64,000 bases of DNA from NCBI GenBank assembly GCA_963847625.1, contig CAWKAR010000039.1, positions 1 through 64,000 on the forward strand, in the 5' to 3' direction. This stretch comes from a candidate division FCPU426 bacterium. GTDB lineage: Bacteria > Oederibacteriota > Muellerivitia > Muellerivitales > Muellerivitaceae. A model generated the notes under the pieces. The model saw nothing but the letters and a program-made list of their open reading frames with translations. It ran no database searches and had not been told where the DNA came from. A program made the translations under genes and the position numbers. Positions 26,164 to 35,940 of this stretch are shown here, piece after piece (the stretch's first letter is position 1; every line of letters starts with the position of its first letter).

Positions 26164-26664
26164 ATGGCCCAGAAGACGGGTTGGCTTGAAAAATACGGCA
26201 AGGGAATGATCCAGTCGATGGTGGAAGTGAAATACCAACGCGTGAAACCCAAGAAAACCCCCCGGAAAAAAGCCTGGAAATCCGGCGGCTCCGAACTGCC
26301 CAATGCGGAGTTGTATTACGTCCTCAACAAGAACGCCTCCTACGGGGACCTTTTCCTGACAGGGGACAGCATTTTTGCCAAGAACGAAATCATTGAGCTG
26401 GAGATGTTCGCGGCGCGGCACCGCACCCACTTTCGGGTCCTGGCGAAAATCAGGAAGGTCGAGTCTTTCATCGAATTGAAACGGGTCCTTTTCCGGGGGG
26501 AAGTCCATTTCGCGGCCATCAACAAGAAGGACTTCGAAAGGCTCCAGGCCCTTGAGGCCAAGAGGCTCGAGGAGGAGTCCCGGATGTCCCAACGATTCAA
26601 GGCTTCGGGGGGAACTCCCACCCAAAACACCGGGTCCATCAAGCTGACCTTCAAAAAGGGCTAG
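26164..26664 (+). CDS. Degenerate PilZ-like domain protein
   Basis: NASYGD at the position of (D/N)xSxxG, IELEM...FRVLAKIRKV...GEVHF strand pattern; no RxxxR. Confidence 0.55.
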   Translation: MAQKTGWLEKYGKGMIQSMVEVKYQRVKPKKTPRKKAWKSGGSELPNAELYYVLNKNASYGDLFLTGDSIFAKNEIIELEMFAARHRTHFRVLAKIRKVESFIELKRVLFRGEVHFAAINKKDFERLQALEAKRLEEESRMSQRFKASGGTPTQNTGSIKLTFKKG

Positions 26665-26777
26665 TCACACCCAACAAAATCGCGAAACGGTTCTTCTTTT
26701 TTTCCTGCCTTTATTGATTTTTCCGGAAAAACATCAAAGTTGAATGAAGTCTTGATTTAAGTATACTGGCGTATGCC

Positions 26778-28043
26778 ATGAAACGCATTATCGCCCATGT
26801 GGATATGGACTCCTTTTTCGTGTCCTGCGAGAGGCTGGTGGACCCGTCCTTGAACGGAAAAGCCGTCATCGTGGGGGGGAATAAAGGGGAAAGGGGGGTC
26901 GTGTCCTCGGCCTCTTACGAGGCCCGCAAATTCGGCATCAAGTCCGGCATGCCGCTGCTGACCGCCGGGAAACTCTGCCCCCAGGCCGTGTTCGTGCCGG
27001 GGCGGCACAAGCTCTATTCCAAGTATTCCAGGAAGGTTTACGCTCTTCTTAAGCGCGTCGCGCCGGTGGTGGAATACGCCTCCATCGACGAGTTCTACCT
27101 CGACTTCACGGGTTGCGAGGCGCTCTACGGCAACGATTTGGAGGCCATGGCCCGGAAAGTGAAGGATAGCGTTCTTTCGAGAACGGGCCTCCAATGCACG
27201 GTGGCCTTCGCCGGCAACAAGTACGTGGCCAAGATCGCGGGAAAGACCGTCAAGCCCACCTCGGGTTCCAAGACGGGGACCATCGTGGTGCAGGAAGGGG
27301 AGGAACAGAAATTCCTCGGCGCGCTTTCCATCGAAAGGCTCCACGGCGCGGGGGAAAAAACCCTGCCCCGGCTCAAGGAAATGAGGATCGAGAAGATCGG
27401 AGACATCCTGTCCATCCCCTTGGACCGGCTGGAAAAAGCCTTCGGGCCCTCGGCTGGGGAATGGCTTTACAACGCCGCCCGGGGCATCGACGACTCGGAA
27501 GTGGAGACCTACCACATCGCCAAGAGCGTGGGGAACGAGACCACCTTCGATAAGGATACGGCCGACCCGGAAACCATCCGTCAAACGCTGGCCCGGCTCT
27601 CCGAAAAGAGCTGTTACCGCCTCAGGCGCCTGGGCAAGAAGGCCCGCACCGTGACCCTGAAACTGCGTTACGACGACTTCCAAACCCTCACCCGCGCCAG
27701 GAGCATCCCCGCCACCGACGACGATGCCGCCGTCATGGAGGCGGCCTACGGCCTTTTCCGGGAATCCAACGTCCGGAAGAGGAAAATTCGTCTCCTGGGT
27801 GTGACCCTTTCCAAACTGGAAAAGGACGGCGGAAAAGAGGATTGGCTGTTTCCCGAGATGAGCGACTTGAAAAAAGACGCGCTCTTCAAGAGCGTGGATT
27901 CCATCAAAAGGAAATATGGCTTCCACAAATTGGAGAAGGCGGCTTCGATGGAAAGGAGTGAAAAGGAGAAGGGCAGAAAAGCCCGTCAAGGCCGGAACGA
28001 GCAGGACGGGCCGTCGAGCTTTGAAAAACCCAAGACAAGGTAG
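26778..28043 (+). CDS. dinB: DNA polymerase IV (Y family)
   Basis: HVDMDSFF, ASYEARKFGI, ASIDEFYLD, KSVGNETTF, VTLKLR and IRLLGV. Confidence 0.96.
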   Translation: MKRIIAHVDMDSFFVSCERLVDPSLNGKAVIVGGNKGERGVVSSASYEARKFGIKSGMPLLTAGKLCPQAVFVPGRHKLYSKYSRKVYALLKRVAPVVEYASIDEFYLDFTGCEALYGNDLEAMARKVKDSVLSRTGLQCTVAFAGNKYVAKIAGKTVKPTSGSKTGTIVVQEGEEQKFLGALSIERLHGAGEKTLPRLKEMRIEKIGDILSIPLDRLEKAFGPSAGEWLYNAARGIDDSEVETYHIAKSVGNETTFDKDTADPETIRQTLARLSEKSCYRLRRLGKKARTVTLKLRYDDFQTLTRARSIPATDDDAAVMEAAYGLFRESNVRKRKIRLLGVTLSKLEKDGGKEDWLFPEMSDLKKDALFKSVDSIKRKYGFHKLEKAASMERSEKEKGRKARQGRNEQDGPSSFEKPKTR

Positions 28044-28106
28044 TTTGAAAAACGAAGAACCGGAAGATAAAAAAATCAATACAAGTCATCCAGATCGGGT
28101 GGGTGA

Positions 28107-28775
28107 TTACCGGATTTCGGACGTCACGGCGGGCTTCACTTTTGCCGCCACTTTTACAGGGACGGTCTTTTCCTTCAACTTTTCGGCGTCCGCCAGGAAT
28201 TGGCGTTTCATGATTTCCTTATGGAGGGATTGAAGCAGGTCCTTCACGTTCCCCTGGACGACGGCGTTGGCAATAAAAGCCGGGGCGGAGAAGTTCTGCT
28301 TGGCGTCCAGGGTGTAGATGACCTCCAAGCCGTGGCCCGAGGTGGCCGGAACGATGCTCCAATTCCCCTGGTAATAACTGAAGTCCTTGTGGCTGTTGTC
28401 GGTAAAGAAAATGGATTGAAGCGGAGTTTCATGGACATCCAGGAGCAGATGGACCCGCTTGGAGAAGAAAAGGAAGCCGCCTTCGCCTTCCTGGCGGAGG
28501 ACAAGGTTGCCCCTGGCACCGCCCTCGACTTTGCTGACCTTCATGCTGTGGACGAATTGGGGGATATGGCCGTAATCCGTCAACGCATCCCAGACGGTTT
28601 GACTGTCCGCGTCGACGAAAAACGAAGCTTCCACCTTGTAATGCCCCCAACTCTCGTAAAAAGCCATGGATACATCATCGGCAGAAAAGCCTACGCCGCG
28701 GGAGAGTACCGCGGCGCAGGCTGCCGCCAATAAAGCCCTGAGGAGAAGTTTACCGCTGATTAATTTTTTCCTCAT
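28107..28775 (-). CDS. SRPBCC/polyketide-cyclase-like protein with signal peptide
   Basis: VWDALTDYGHIPQFV and DFSYYQGNW motifs. Confidence 0.8.
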   Translation of the reverse strand: MRKKLISGKLLLRALLAAACAAVLSRGVGFSADDVSMAFYESWGHYKVEASFFVDADSQTVWDALTDYGHIPQFVHSMKVSKVEGGARGNLVLRQEGEGGFLFFSKRVHLLLDVHETPLQSIFFTDNSHKDFSYYQGNWSIVPATSGHGLEVIYTLDAKQNFSAPAFIANAVVQGNVKDLLQSLHKEIMKRQFLADAEKLKEKTVPVKVAAKVKPAVTSEIR

Positions 28776-28789
28776 GGGCGTCCCCTCTG

Positions 28790-30214
28790 TTAAAACTGGA
28801 ACTGGAACATAATTCGGCCGACCGGTACCAAGTTGATCCGAAAATCGGAGCCATTGACCCCGGAATTGGCCGAGCCCGGCATTTCCGCGATGAGGTAGGT
28901 TCCGTCGTCGCTTTTAACCGCCGGGGTGTCGATCATGAACATGGTCTCCGCCACCAGCTTCGCGTCGTTGTTCATGTGCCAGGTGATGGAAGGGAAGGTG
29001 ACCTCATAGATCGGACTGCTATCCATGAAGATCGGGGCGAAGAGTGTTGCGGCCGCAGACCCATTCGGATGACGCGTCACATAGCTTCCCTGCATTCCCA
29101 CATCCGGGATCACCATGGCGAAACGGCCCGCCAACTCCCAGGGCTTATCGCCAATGGAAGCGATCAATTCGCCCCCGCCGATGTTCAGGGCATATTGCTG
29201 GTTGGGGGTGGAAGGCTTGCCCAAGATGGTGGTGGGTGATTCATAGTTCATCTTCGGGGGAACGGTCATGTTGTAATGCCCGATCATAGCCTGCCCCTGC
29301 AAGGTGAAAGTGGTGTTCCCCAGGGGAGTGCGGTATTGGAAATCCCCCCCTGCCTGGTAGTAGGCGGCGCTCACGGGCGCAACCCCGGCCCCCGAAAGGA
29401 AGGGATTGAACACCGAGGAAATCAGCACGTTGCCGTACTCGCTGTTGGCGTTGAAGGTGGACAGGTATCCGCCGCCCAATCCCAAGTCCTCGCTATGGCC
29501 CGCGTTGCTGTCGGCGGCATAGTATCCCGTGGCATGGATGGCGAATTGGCCCTTATCCGGTTTGGTGAAACCCGTCTGCTGGGGATGGAAAGGATCGTCC
29601 TCGATCCCGCTGTTGTACCCGATGCGAAGGAACATGGGCGTGGGCAGGAACAAATTCTCCGGCAGGTAGCGCTGGATCACGTCCGGCCCCCCTTGAACCA
29701 ACCCGGCCTGGCCGTCCAGGCCTCCCAGGTGGCCGTAAAGGGAAAGGCCCGTGTCATATCCCTGGTTGAAGAAGAGGTTGAAGATGGGGGACTTTTCCGT
29801 GAAAAGCAGGTTGCCCTCGTAGTCGGCGCTTTCCAGGTTTCCCGGCACCTTGAACTGCCCGACCTTCACGGTCACCAAGTCGGGAATCAGGGGGATATCA
29901 GCGCTGGCATCCAGCAGGTTCAACTGGTTGTTGCTGCTGTTGATGGCTTCCCCGCCGAAGGCCACTTCGAAGTTCCACTTGTAACCCTGGTAGTTTCCGC
30001 TGGTGAAGAGGCGGTCCTCCTCATCCCAAAGGAACACCCGGACGTGGTCCCTCACCGGGTCGACCGTCACCAATTCCAGGTCGCCCGTCAACTGGAGCCG
30101 GCCCCCGAACGACAAGTCCAGGTCGTCGTTCTTGAAGATCTCGGCCGCTCTCAGGCTGGGCACGAAACCCAGAAGAAAGGCGGCTGCCATCGAGACTTTC
30201 TGAAAATTTTTCAT
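28790..30214 (-). CDS. Outer-membrane porin-like beta-barrel (OprO/P-like)
   Basis: Signal peptide, GGRLQ, LLDA, KVGQFKVP, terminal FQFQF. Confidence 0.75.
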   Translation of the reverse strand: MKNFQKVSMAAAFLLGFVPSLRAAEIFKNDDLDLSFGGRLQLTGDLELVTVDPVRDHVRVFLWDEEDRLFTSGNYQGYKWNFEVAFGGEAINSSNNQLNLLDASADIPLIPDLVTVKVGQFKVPGNLESADYEGNLLFTEKSPIFNLFFNQGYDTGLSLYGHLGGLDGQAGLVQGGPDVIQRYLPENLFLPTPMFLRIGYNSGIEDDPFHPQQTGFTKPDKGQFAIHATGYYAADSNAGHSEDLGLGGGYLSTFNANSEYGNVLISSVFNPFLSGAGVAPVSAAYYQAGGDFQYRTPLGNTTFTLQGQAMIGHYNMTVPPKMNYESPTTILGKPSTPNQQYALNIGGGELIASIGDKPWELAGRFAMVIPDVGMQGSYVTRHPNGSAAATLFAPIFMDSSPIYEVTFPSITWHMNNDAKLVAETMFMIDTPAVKSDDGTYLIAEMPGSANSGVNGSDFRINLVPVGRIMFQFQF

Positions 30215-30370
30215 ATCCTACTCCTCCCATTTATTGGTACTGCCCTTCGGCCCCTCCGGCCTCCCCGGCTCCCCCGGGGCTCCCCTGTTTTCCCGACTTT
30301 AAAGACCGGCTAAATTCCCTTCCTTAAACCGGGCCCCTCAGGGAGAAACCCGGATCTTCACCCCCCTTTT

Positions 30371-31129
30371 CTATTCCTTCGCCGATGGCGCGAAGATAAC
30401 GTCGTAGTGGATCTCGATTTCGTCCATGCAAACAATGGAAGCGATCAGTAAGTTGATTTTCGGGGGGGTGATTTTGTAATCGGTCATCTTCAACTTTTGG
30501 AAACCCTTCAGGCGGACCTGGTTCCCGGTTACCTGCGCGTCCGCCTTCAGGGTGATGGGTTGGTCCGCGCCGGCGACGGTCAAGACCCCCTTGGCCGTCA
30601 TGACGTAAGAATCCGCGTCCTTGCCTTCGGCCAAGGTCTCGCTTTTCAGGACGAATTTAATGACGGGGTTGTCGGAGGCCAAAAGGCTCTTGTAGGCGTT
30701 CTTATCCAGGCCGTCTTCCTTCGACTTGAGGAAGGTCACCGGCACGTCCAGTTCCATGGATTTCACTTCCCCCGCCTTTAACGCTTTGAGGAGCCCGCCT
30801 TCGGCCTTCAAGGACGCAGAGGACGCTTCCAACAGAGCTGAACCCTGAAGGGACTTGGCGCCCATTTCGTATTTATGGAGGGTGGAATCGCCCGCCAGGT
30901 AGAGAACACTTCCCGGCTGGAGGGTTAAAAGGGTGGCCCCCGTTGGGACGGTAATTTCCAGGACCTGGCCCACGATCGTCGCGGGGCGTTCGGTAAAGGG
31001 AAGTGTGTTTTTAGAAAGCAACTGGTTTCCAAGGGAATTCCCGGAGGAAGAAGCCGATGGTTCCGCCCAAATAAATCCGGCGGAGCCGATGGCCAAAGCC
31101 AAGGTGAAGGCCGCTAATTTCTTTTTCAT
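30371..31129 (-). CDS. YceI-family periplasmic lipid/polyisoprenoid-binding protein
   Basis: GDSTLH, LKSKEDGLDKNAYKSL...PVIKF, GVLTVAG and LKMTDYKITPP. Confidence 0.88.
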   Translation of the reverse strand: MKKKLAAFTLALAIGSAGFIWAEPSASSSGNSLGNQLLSKNTLPFTERPATIVGQVLEITVPTGATLLTLQPGSVLYLAGDSTLHKYEMGAKSLQGSALLEASSASLKAEGGLLKALKAGEVKSMELDVPVTFLKSKEDGLDKNAYKSLLASDNPVIKFVLKSETLAEGKDADSYVMTAKGVLTVAGADQPITLKADAQVTGNQVRLKGFQKLKMTDYKITPPKINLLIASIVCMDEIEIHYDVIFAPSAKE

Positions 31130-31221
31130 AAATCTCTCCTTTGAAGGCCGGCCTTAAAAAATTGTCCTGAGCCCGTTCATATTCCCGTAACCCTCTTGTA
31201 ATTGAATAATAGGAAGATTTC

Positions 31222-31237
31222 TGTGACTTGAGTCACG
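31222..31237. promoter_or_regulatory. CRP/FNR-family-like operator upstream of the yceI-porin-SRPBCC operon
   Basis: TGTGA-cttgag-TCACG. Confidence 0.5.
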
Positions 31238-31665
31238 GAGCCGTGATTTTGAGGTTTACCTTATTAGTGTTAGTAACCAACAGTAACTGATTAAAAAGGG
31301 AGTGAAATTTCGGGTAAATATTGGGAAAAGGGATCGCTCCCAGGATTTTGCTGAGAAAAATGAACCTTTGGTTTCTGAAAGGTAACTCAATAATGCGATG
31401 GGCCGCCAAGGGCCGGTCAAGATCAAGTTCCAGAAACGAGGCAGACCGCCCGGATTCTCACCCCCTTGGAGGGGGATGGGGATGGGTTCTTCTATGGGGA
31501 ACTACCAGGGCCAAATAGAAAAAGGCCCATGGCTCCTGATGCAGGGCCAAGGTCAAGAACCCCGAATCAAAATATGACAAAGAATCGGGCAATTGGATTA
31601 TGATTTATCGTTATCGGATTTGCGGTTGCTTGCCGGAAAAACTTCCAAAAGAACCGGAGGGTTAA

Positions 31666-32295
31666 ATGGTTAAAGAAATATCACCGCTTGATCCCAGCCC
31701 CCCTTTTTCGAGGTTCATTTTGTGGGAAATCCTGGGGGTCGTCGGATTTTTCCACATCCTCCAATACGCGCCGGCGAACGAAGTCACCCCCCTCTATTTC
31801 CTGGCCAATGCCGTGGCTTTCGTATGCCTTTATCCAGTCCTATACTTCTACAACCAGTTGAAAATTCCATTGGTGCTGAAATTCCTTATCTCCCCCCTGA
31901 GCATTGCCTTGCGGGCGGTTTTGCTGGTCTCCTGCTACCTGTGGGTGGCCTATGTCCTTTACGTGACCGGCTTCGCCCTGGGGTTCGCCTCCTGTTTCCT
32001 CGTTTTCAAGAATGATTTCATGTTCCTGGGGCCCTTTTTCGTCCTGGATTACTTCTTCCTGGTCGAGCACCTTTGGGGAGTGGGCAAGGATAACATCACC
32101 TTTTGGCGGTCCATGGGCATGATTTCCGACGCCGTGAGCGGCGTGGTGGGCGGTTATTGGCTGGGCCGCACCCTCAACACCAAATGGGGCATGTTTTTCG
32201 GAAGCGAAGAAACCCGGTGCTTGATTTGGCTGGTCTTCATCCTCCTGGGCATCGCCATGGTGATTTGGTTCAGCAATAAGACCAGAAAGGCTTGA
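31666..32295 (+). CDS. Hypothetical multi-pass membrane protein
   Basis: GGAGG RBS; about 6-7 hydrophobic segments; similar to the next gene. Confidence 0.75.
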   Translation: MVKEISPLDPSPPFSRFILWEILGVVGFFHILQYAPANEVTPLYFLANAVAFVCLYPVLYFYNQLKIPLVLKFLISPLSIALRAVLLVSCYLWVAYVLYVTGFALGFASCFLVFKNDFMFLGPFFVLDYFFLVEHLWGVGKDNITFWRSMGMISDAVSGVVGGYWLGRTLNTKWGMFFGSEETRCLIWLVFILLGIAMVIWFSNKTRKA

Positions 32296-32368
32296 ACTGA
32301 GCGAGCCGTTATACAAGGATGGGTCCTGCGGGGTCCCTATAAACATATTCCGTGATCGGAGGTTGCGC

Positions 32369-32980
32369 ATGGCCGGCAAAAATTCAAAAACCAACCGGCC
32401 GGTCCTTCGGTTTCTTCTTTTCGAGGGGCTGGCGCTGGCGGGTTTTATCCATTTCCACTACCATCCCATCGCGGACGCCCTCTGGGAAAAGAACTTCTAT
32501 TACGGGGACTTGTTTTGGCTGGCGGGATATCCGCTTCTCTATATTTATCGTTGGATAGTCGGGGGCGGATGCCTGGGCACCATCCTTTTGCCCTTGGGTT
32601 TTGTCCTCAATTGGGGCCTGGGCGTTTCCGCCTACCTCTGGGCCGCCTATGGCCTGCTCATTGCCGGAAGCCCCTATTATTACGCCTTGATTCACCATGA
32701 GATCATCCTGGGAGTCCTGTTCGCCTTCCTTTATTTCCCCGTCCTCCAGCCCATCCTGGGCGTCAGCCGAAGGGTCCATACCTTGGGCGAGCTGTTTTGG
32801 ATCCTTTTTTATTCCGGCTTGGGCGGGTTCCTTTGCTTTCTCCTGGGGCGGTTCGTGAACGAAAAATTCGGTACGTCCATCGGGAGCAATAACACGAGAT
32901 TTTTAATCTGGCTGGGCCTGATCCTGCTGGGGGGCGCGATCGGGGCGATGGTTGCCCAACGCCGGGACAAGGGGGACTAA
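32369..32980 (+). CDS. Hypothetical multi-pass membrane protein, tandem paralog of 31666-32295
   Basis: RFLLFE/RFILWE, SAYLWAAY/SCYLWVAY, LGR..N.K.G and TR.LIWL are shared by the two proteins. Confidence 0.75.
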   Translation: MAGKNSKTNRPVLRFLLFEGLALAGFIHFHYHPIADALWEKNFYYGDLFWLAGYPLLYIYRWIVGGGCLGTILLPLGFVLNWGLGVSAYLWAAYGLLIAGSPYYYALIHHEIILGVLFAFLYFPVLQPILGVSRRVHTLGELFWILFYSGLGGFLCFLLGRFVNEKFGTSIGSNNTRFLIWLGLILLGGAIGAMVAQRRDKGD

Positions 32981-33000
32981 TCACTTCTGGCAACCCTATG

Positions 33001-33136
33001 GGTTATCTTTAACACATTTCCCATGAAGGAGTGCGGCGGCGGCAACGTTTCCGAGGCCTCTCGCCGCGCCGGGTTGGCCCAAAGGCATTTCCAACTTATC
33101 CTGAAAAAATAGAAGTTGAATCCCTCCAAGTTTTAA
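33001..33136 (+). pseudogene. Remnant of a Fis-type HTH (C-terminus of a sigma54-type activator)
   Basis: Frame from 33023 reads MKECGGGNVSEASRRAGLAQRHFQLILKK*KLNPSKF*, with an internal stop. Confidence 0.5.
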
Positions 33137-33519
33137 AAAATTAGACCCTCTTTTCCTGTATCCATTAGGTTCCACATGGTATGTTTTTAATGCAGCCTTT
33201 CCCGTCAAAATGCCTTTAATTCCCTGAAATCCGCTTTTTTTCTTGGCACCATCCATGCTTTAACCCCTATAGGATTTGGAACATTTTTATGAGGGGAATG
33301 AATGAGACGCTATCTTTTGATCGCCTTTTTATGCTTGGCGGTTTTTTGCGCGTAATGGGATGCAACCAACGGTTACTTGGGTGGGTCCTCATCGAATAAC
33401 GTGATTGTCCGGAGAGTTTCCAAACCTAATCCGTGGGATGCCTTGAAGCCCAAAAAAATAGATATGAAAAGTGCGATGGCCGAGAAAAAATTGATTTTAG
33501 GAAAATCATTAACAGCGAA

Positions 33520-33991
33520 CTTTTCGAGAGAAAAGGTTTTACTCGAGAAACTTCTTTTGGGCGCCGGATATGAAAGGACCGAGAAGCCGTTTCAATACCA
33601 GAAAAAAGTGAGGGGAATACCAGTTTTCGTTGATCTTCTTGCCGGTGAATATTCAGGCACGGGCAAAAGGCATCGGCATCAAAAAATACAAGGATTGAAA
33701 GCCCGTAAGGCGCGCGGTTGCGATTTGGCGTTTGAAAGCCCAGTTGAAATTACAATGGATGGCACCCTTCCTTCGGGAAGCCAGGATAGGGTTATGATCC
33801 GAGTGGCTTCCATTGTGAGTTTTATCGTTATGAAAGGCATGGCTTTGGCCGGTCGTTTCAAACCCAAGGATGCCTATGACATCTATTTTTGCGTGCTTTA
33901 TTATCCGGGCGGGTTCAAGGGTCTTGCCGCCGAGTTTAAAGGTCATGCCGATAACCTATTGGTCAAAGAAGGTTTGGAAAAAATCCGTAAT
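33520..33991 (+). pseudogene. Truncated AbiEii-like nucleotidyltransferase-family gene, cut by IS1380
   Basis: VDLLAGEY...ARKARGCDLAF...MKGMAL..R.KPKDAYDIY; no recognisable N-terminal GG/DxD region; the ORF runs into the IS inverted repeat. Confidence 0.6.
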
Positions 33992-35695
33992 CCGGAATTT
34001 CCCAGATGACCTTCTCTGAAAACATTGCCGGGTAATTTGTTTCTCATTATATTCCCCCCCCCCGCTTCTTCCACCCGTATCCGGAATTTTCTGGCCCAAG
34101 GCCAGCGAAATGAGCCCAAAAAAGGGTTTCTGTGCCCCAAAAAAGTTGAAAATGACCTTCCAGAAAGCCAATTCTCGTTGTGAACGCACACCTATCCCAC
34201 GATGGTTGATCCGGTTGAAGCCATGAAGTGTTCCTGCGGTTATCGCAGTACTGGCGCTCGCGGCCTTACCATCGCCAGTAGCCTTATCCGTCCAAGGATT
34301 TCAGCAAACAGGCGTTGGGTAACCATCACCTCCGCCATCTGGAAAACCACGTACCGCGAATGGCGGATAACGTTAGCTCCGATTTTGATAAGTTTTTCTC
34401 GCAACGTCGTCAGCGACCAATGCTTCACCAGTTCTGGCAGGGCTAGACGGCGAAGGAAGTTGCCCAAGTTGTAAGCCAGTGCAAATAGTTGCAACCTTAC
34501 TTGGTTGTCCGCGAAGTCGTGGCAGCTTAGTCTTGTCCACTTCATCGCGTACTTTCCCTCCTTGATCCATTGCTCAGCCGTACCTCTTCCGTTGTAGAAC
34601 TTCACCACCTGGGGTGCCGGTCGTCGCATGTTCGTCACGATGAAACCCACCCTCGGGAAAAGTTCGCCGTTGTGATGCTCAATCTTCGCCACCACGCGGC
34701 GGGGTTTGTCCCAGCTGACGGCTTGGTATTGGAAGCTGTGATACCGGACAACCGGCTTGTGGGAAGGGCGGCCCACGGGACGGGTCAAAAATGGCTCAAT
34801 TTCTCTTTGTAGCACGCCATTGGCGGGTTGGCGGATCGCATAAAGGTATCCTTCGTCTTCTAGGTACTCGTATAGTTCCTGACGGGCGAAGGCCGCGTCA
34901 CCCCGGAAAAAACGGCTGATGGAAAGACCCCGATAACGGACAACCACTGGTTCAAGAACCGACCGCCACTCGTGGGCGCTGGCCACATTGCCGTTGCGCA
35001 ACATTGCCCGTTCCAAATCGCCAAACTGGTTGAAACAAAACAGGGGATGGTAACAGGTACAGCCGAAGTAACCGTTGTACAAGGAACCTTCTTGGTCCCC
35101 GTAGGTTTCACTCACGGAGCTGTCCATGTCGAGAATAATCTGCTGGATGGGCTTTTTTTCATGGACACCATCAATCCATTGGCCAGATAGGTCAATCAGA
35201 CCGGTCTGGTTCTTCGACTGGGTGAGAACTTCCGTCTCGAAACGTCCCATCTGGCTGGTGGAGGCAGCTTGTTTTTCCTTGGCCCGTCCTCCGATCACAT
35301 GCCGCATCGCCGGATCAACACTCAATCGTTCTGCGTCGTTGGTGTCCTCGTAACCGGCTAGGCGGCTGTAGATTGATTGCCGCAAAAGCGCCGTCATCGT
35401 ATGTTGCGTATTCTTGCCGGTTCGCCGATCCCTCAGAAGGTTTTCCGTTCTGTCAGTCAAACCAAAGGCTTCATCGAGTTCACGATAGGGAATCAACCCG
35501 CCATCGGAAGTGACCTTCGCGCCATGGAACTCCAGCTTGAGACCAGGATCAAAAACCACCCGAAGAGCGTCTTTTCCCCTTTCACCCATTGCATTCCCCC
35601 CTCTCGTGGTCCCCAAAGTGAAGAAAAACCTTTGTTTGTATGGCCAAACGACGCCTTATTATACTCGAAAGGTAATTTCATCTGGGAAATCCGGG
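33992..35695 (-). mobile_element. IS1380-family element
   Basis: 18-bp IRs CCGGAATTTCCCAGATGA (33992-34009) and TCATCTGGGAAATCCGGG (35678-35695), 16/18; no flanking direct repeat. Confidence 0.9.
34240..35589 (-). CDS. IS1380-family DDE transposase
   Basis: TSDGGL, GYEDTND, LDMDSS, YHPL, FRGDAAF, FYNGRGTAEQWIKEGK and N.VRLQL.ALAYNL. Confidence 0.95.
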   Translation of the reverse strand: MGERGKDALRVVFDPGLKLEFHGAKVTSDGGLIPYRELDEAFGLTDRTENLLRDRRTGKNTQHTMTALLRQSIYSRLAGYEDTNDAERLSVDPAMRHVIGGRAKEKQAASTSQMGRFETEVLTQSKNQTGLIDLSGQWIDGVHEKKPIQQIILDMDSSVSETYGDQEGSLYNGYFGCTCYHPLFCFNQFGDLERAMLRNGNVASAHEWRSVLEPVVVRYRGLSISRFFRGDAAFARQELYEYLEDEGYLYAIRQPANGVLQREIEPFLTRPVGRPSHKPVVRYHSFQYQAVSWDKPRRVVAKIEHHNGELFPRVGFIVTNMRRPAPQVVKFYNGRGTAEQWIKEGKYAMKWTRLSCHDFADNQVRLQLFALAYNLGNFLRRLALPELVKHWSLTTLREKLIKIGANVIRHSRYVVFQMAEVMVTQRLFAEILGRIRLLAMVRPRAPVLR

Positions 35696-35940
35696 TTTAC
35701 CAGTGATTGTCCCCGACGGATCGATAGAGATCGATTACCTTAAACGAGAGAATTTGATCTTATGGAAATCAACACGACGGGTTATTATATAAAAAAGGGT
35801 TTATTGGCAGATTGTCAAAAGGGGCCGAAGGGAAACAAACGCCTTTAAACTGCGAAAGCTGGACAAGCGGTCCTGGAAAAGTATTTTCGATCTGTAAAAG
35901 GCAGAATGAACGACTTTTAATTCAACTTAGGAGGTTGAAG

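Noticed and set aside
26700..26778. LexA box upstream of dinB
   Set aside because: No CTGT-N8-ACAG or GAAC-N4-GTTC palindrome is visible.
26757..28079. Long antisense ORFs (e.g. 440 aa opposite dinB, 16984-18102, 29276-30313)
   Set aside because: They are shadows of GC-rich sense genes and carry no recognisable motifs.
35820..35880. c-di-GMP riboswitch upstream of pilin B
   Set aside because: Only AAAC..GAAA fragments are present; I could not build the conserved stems.
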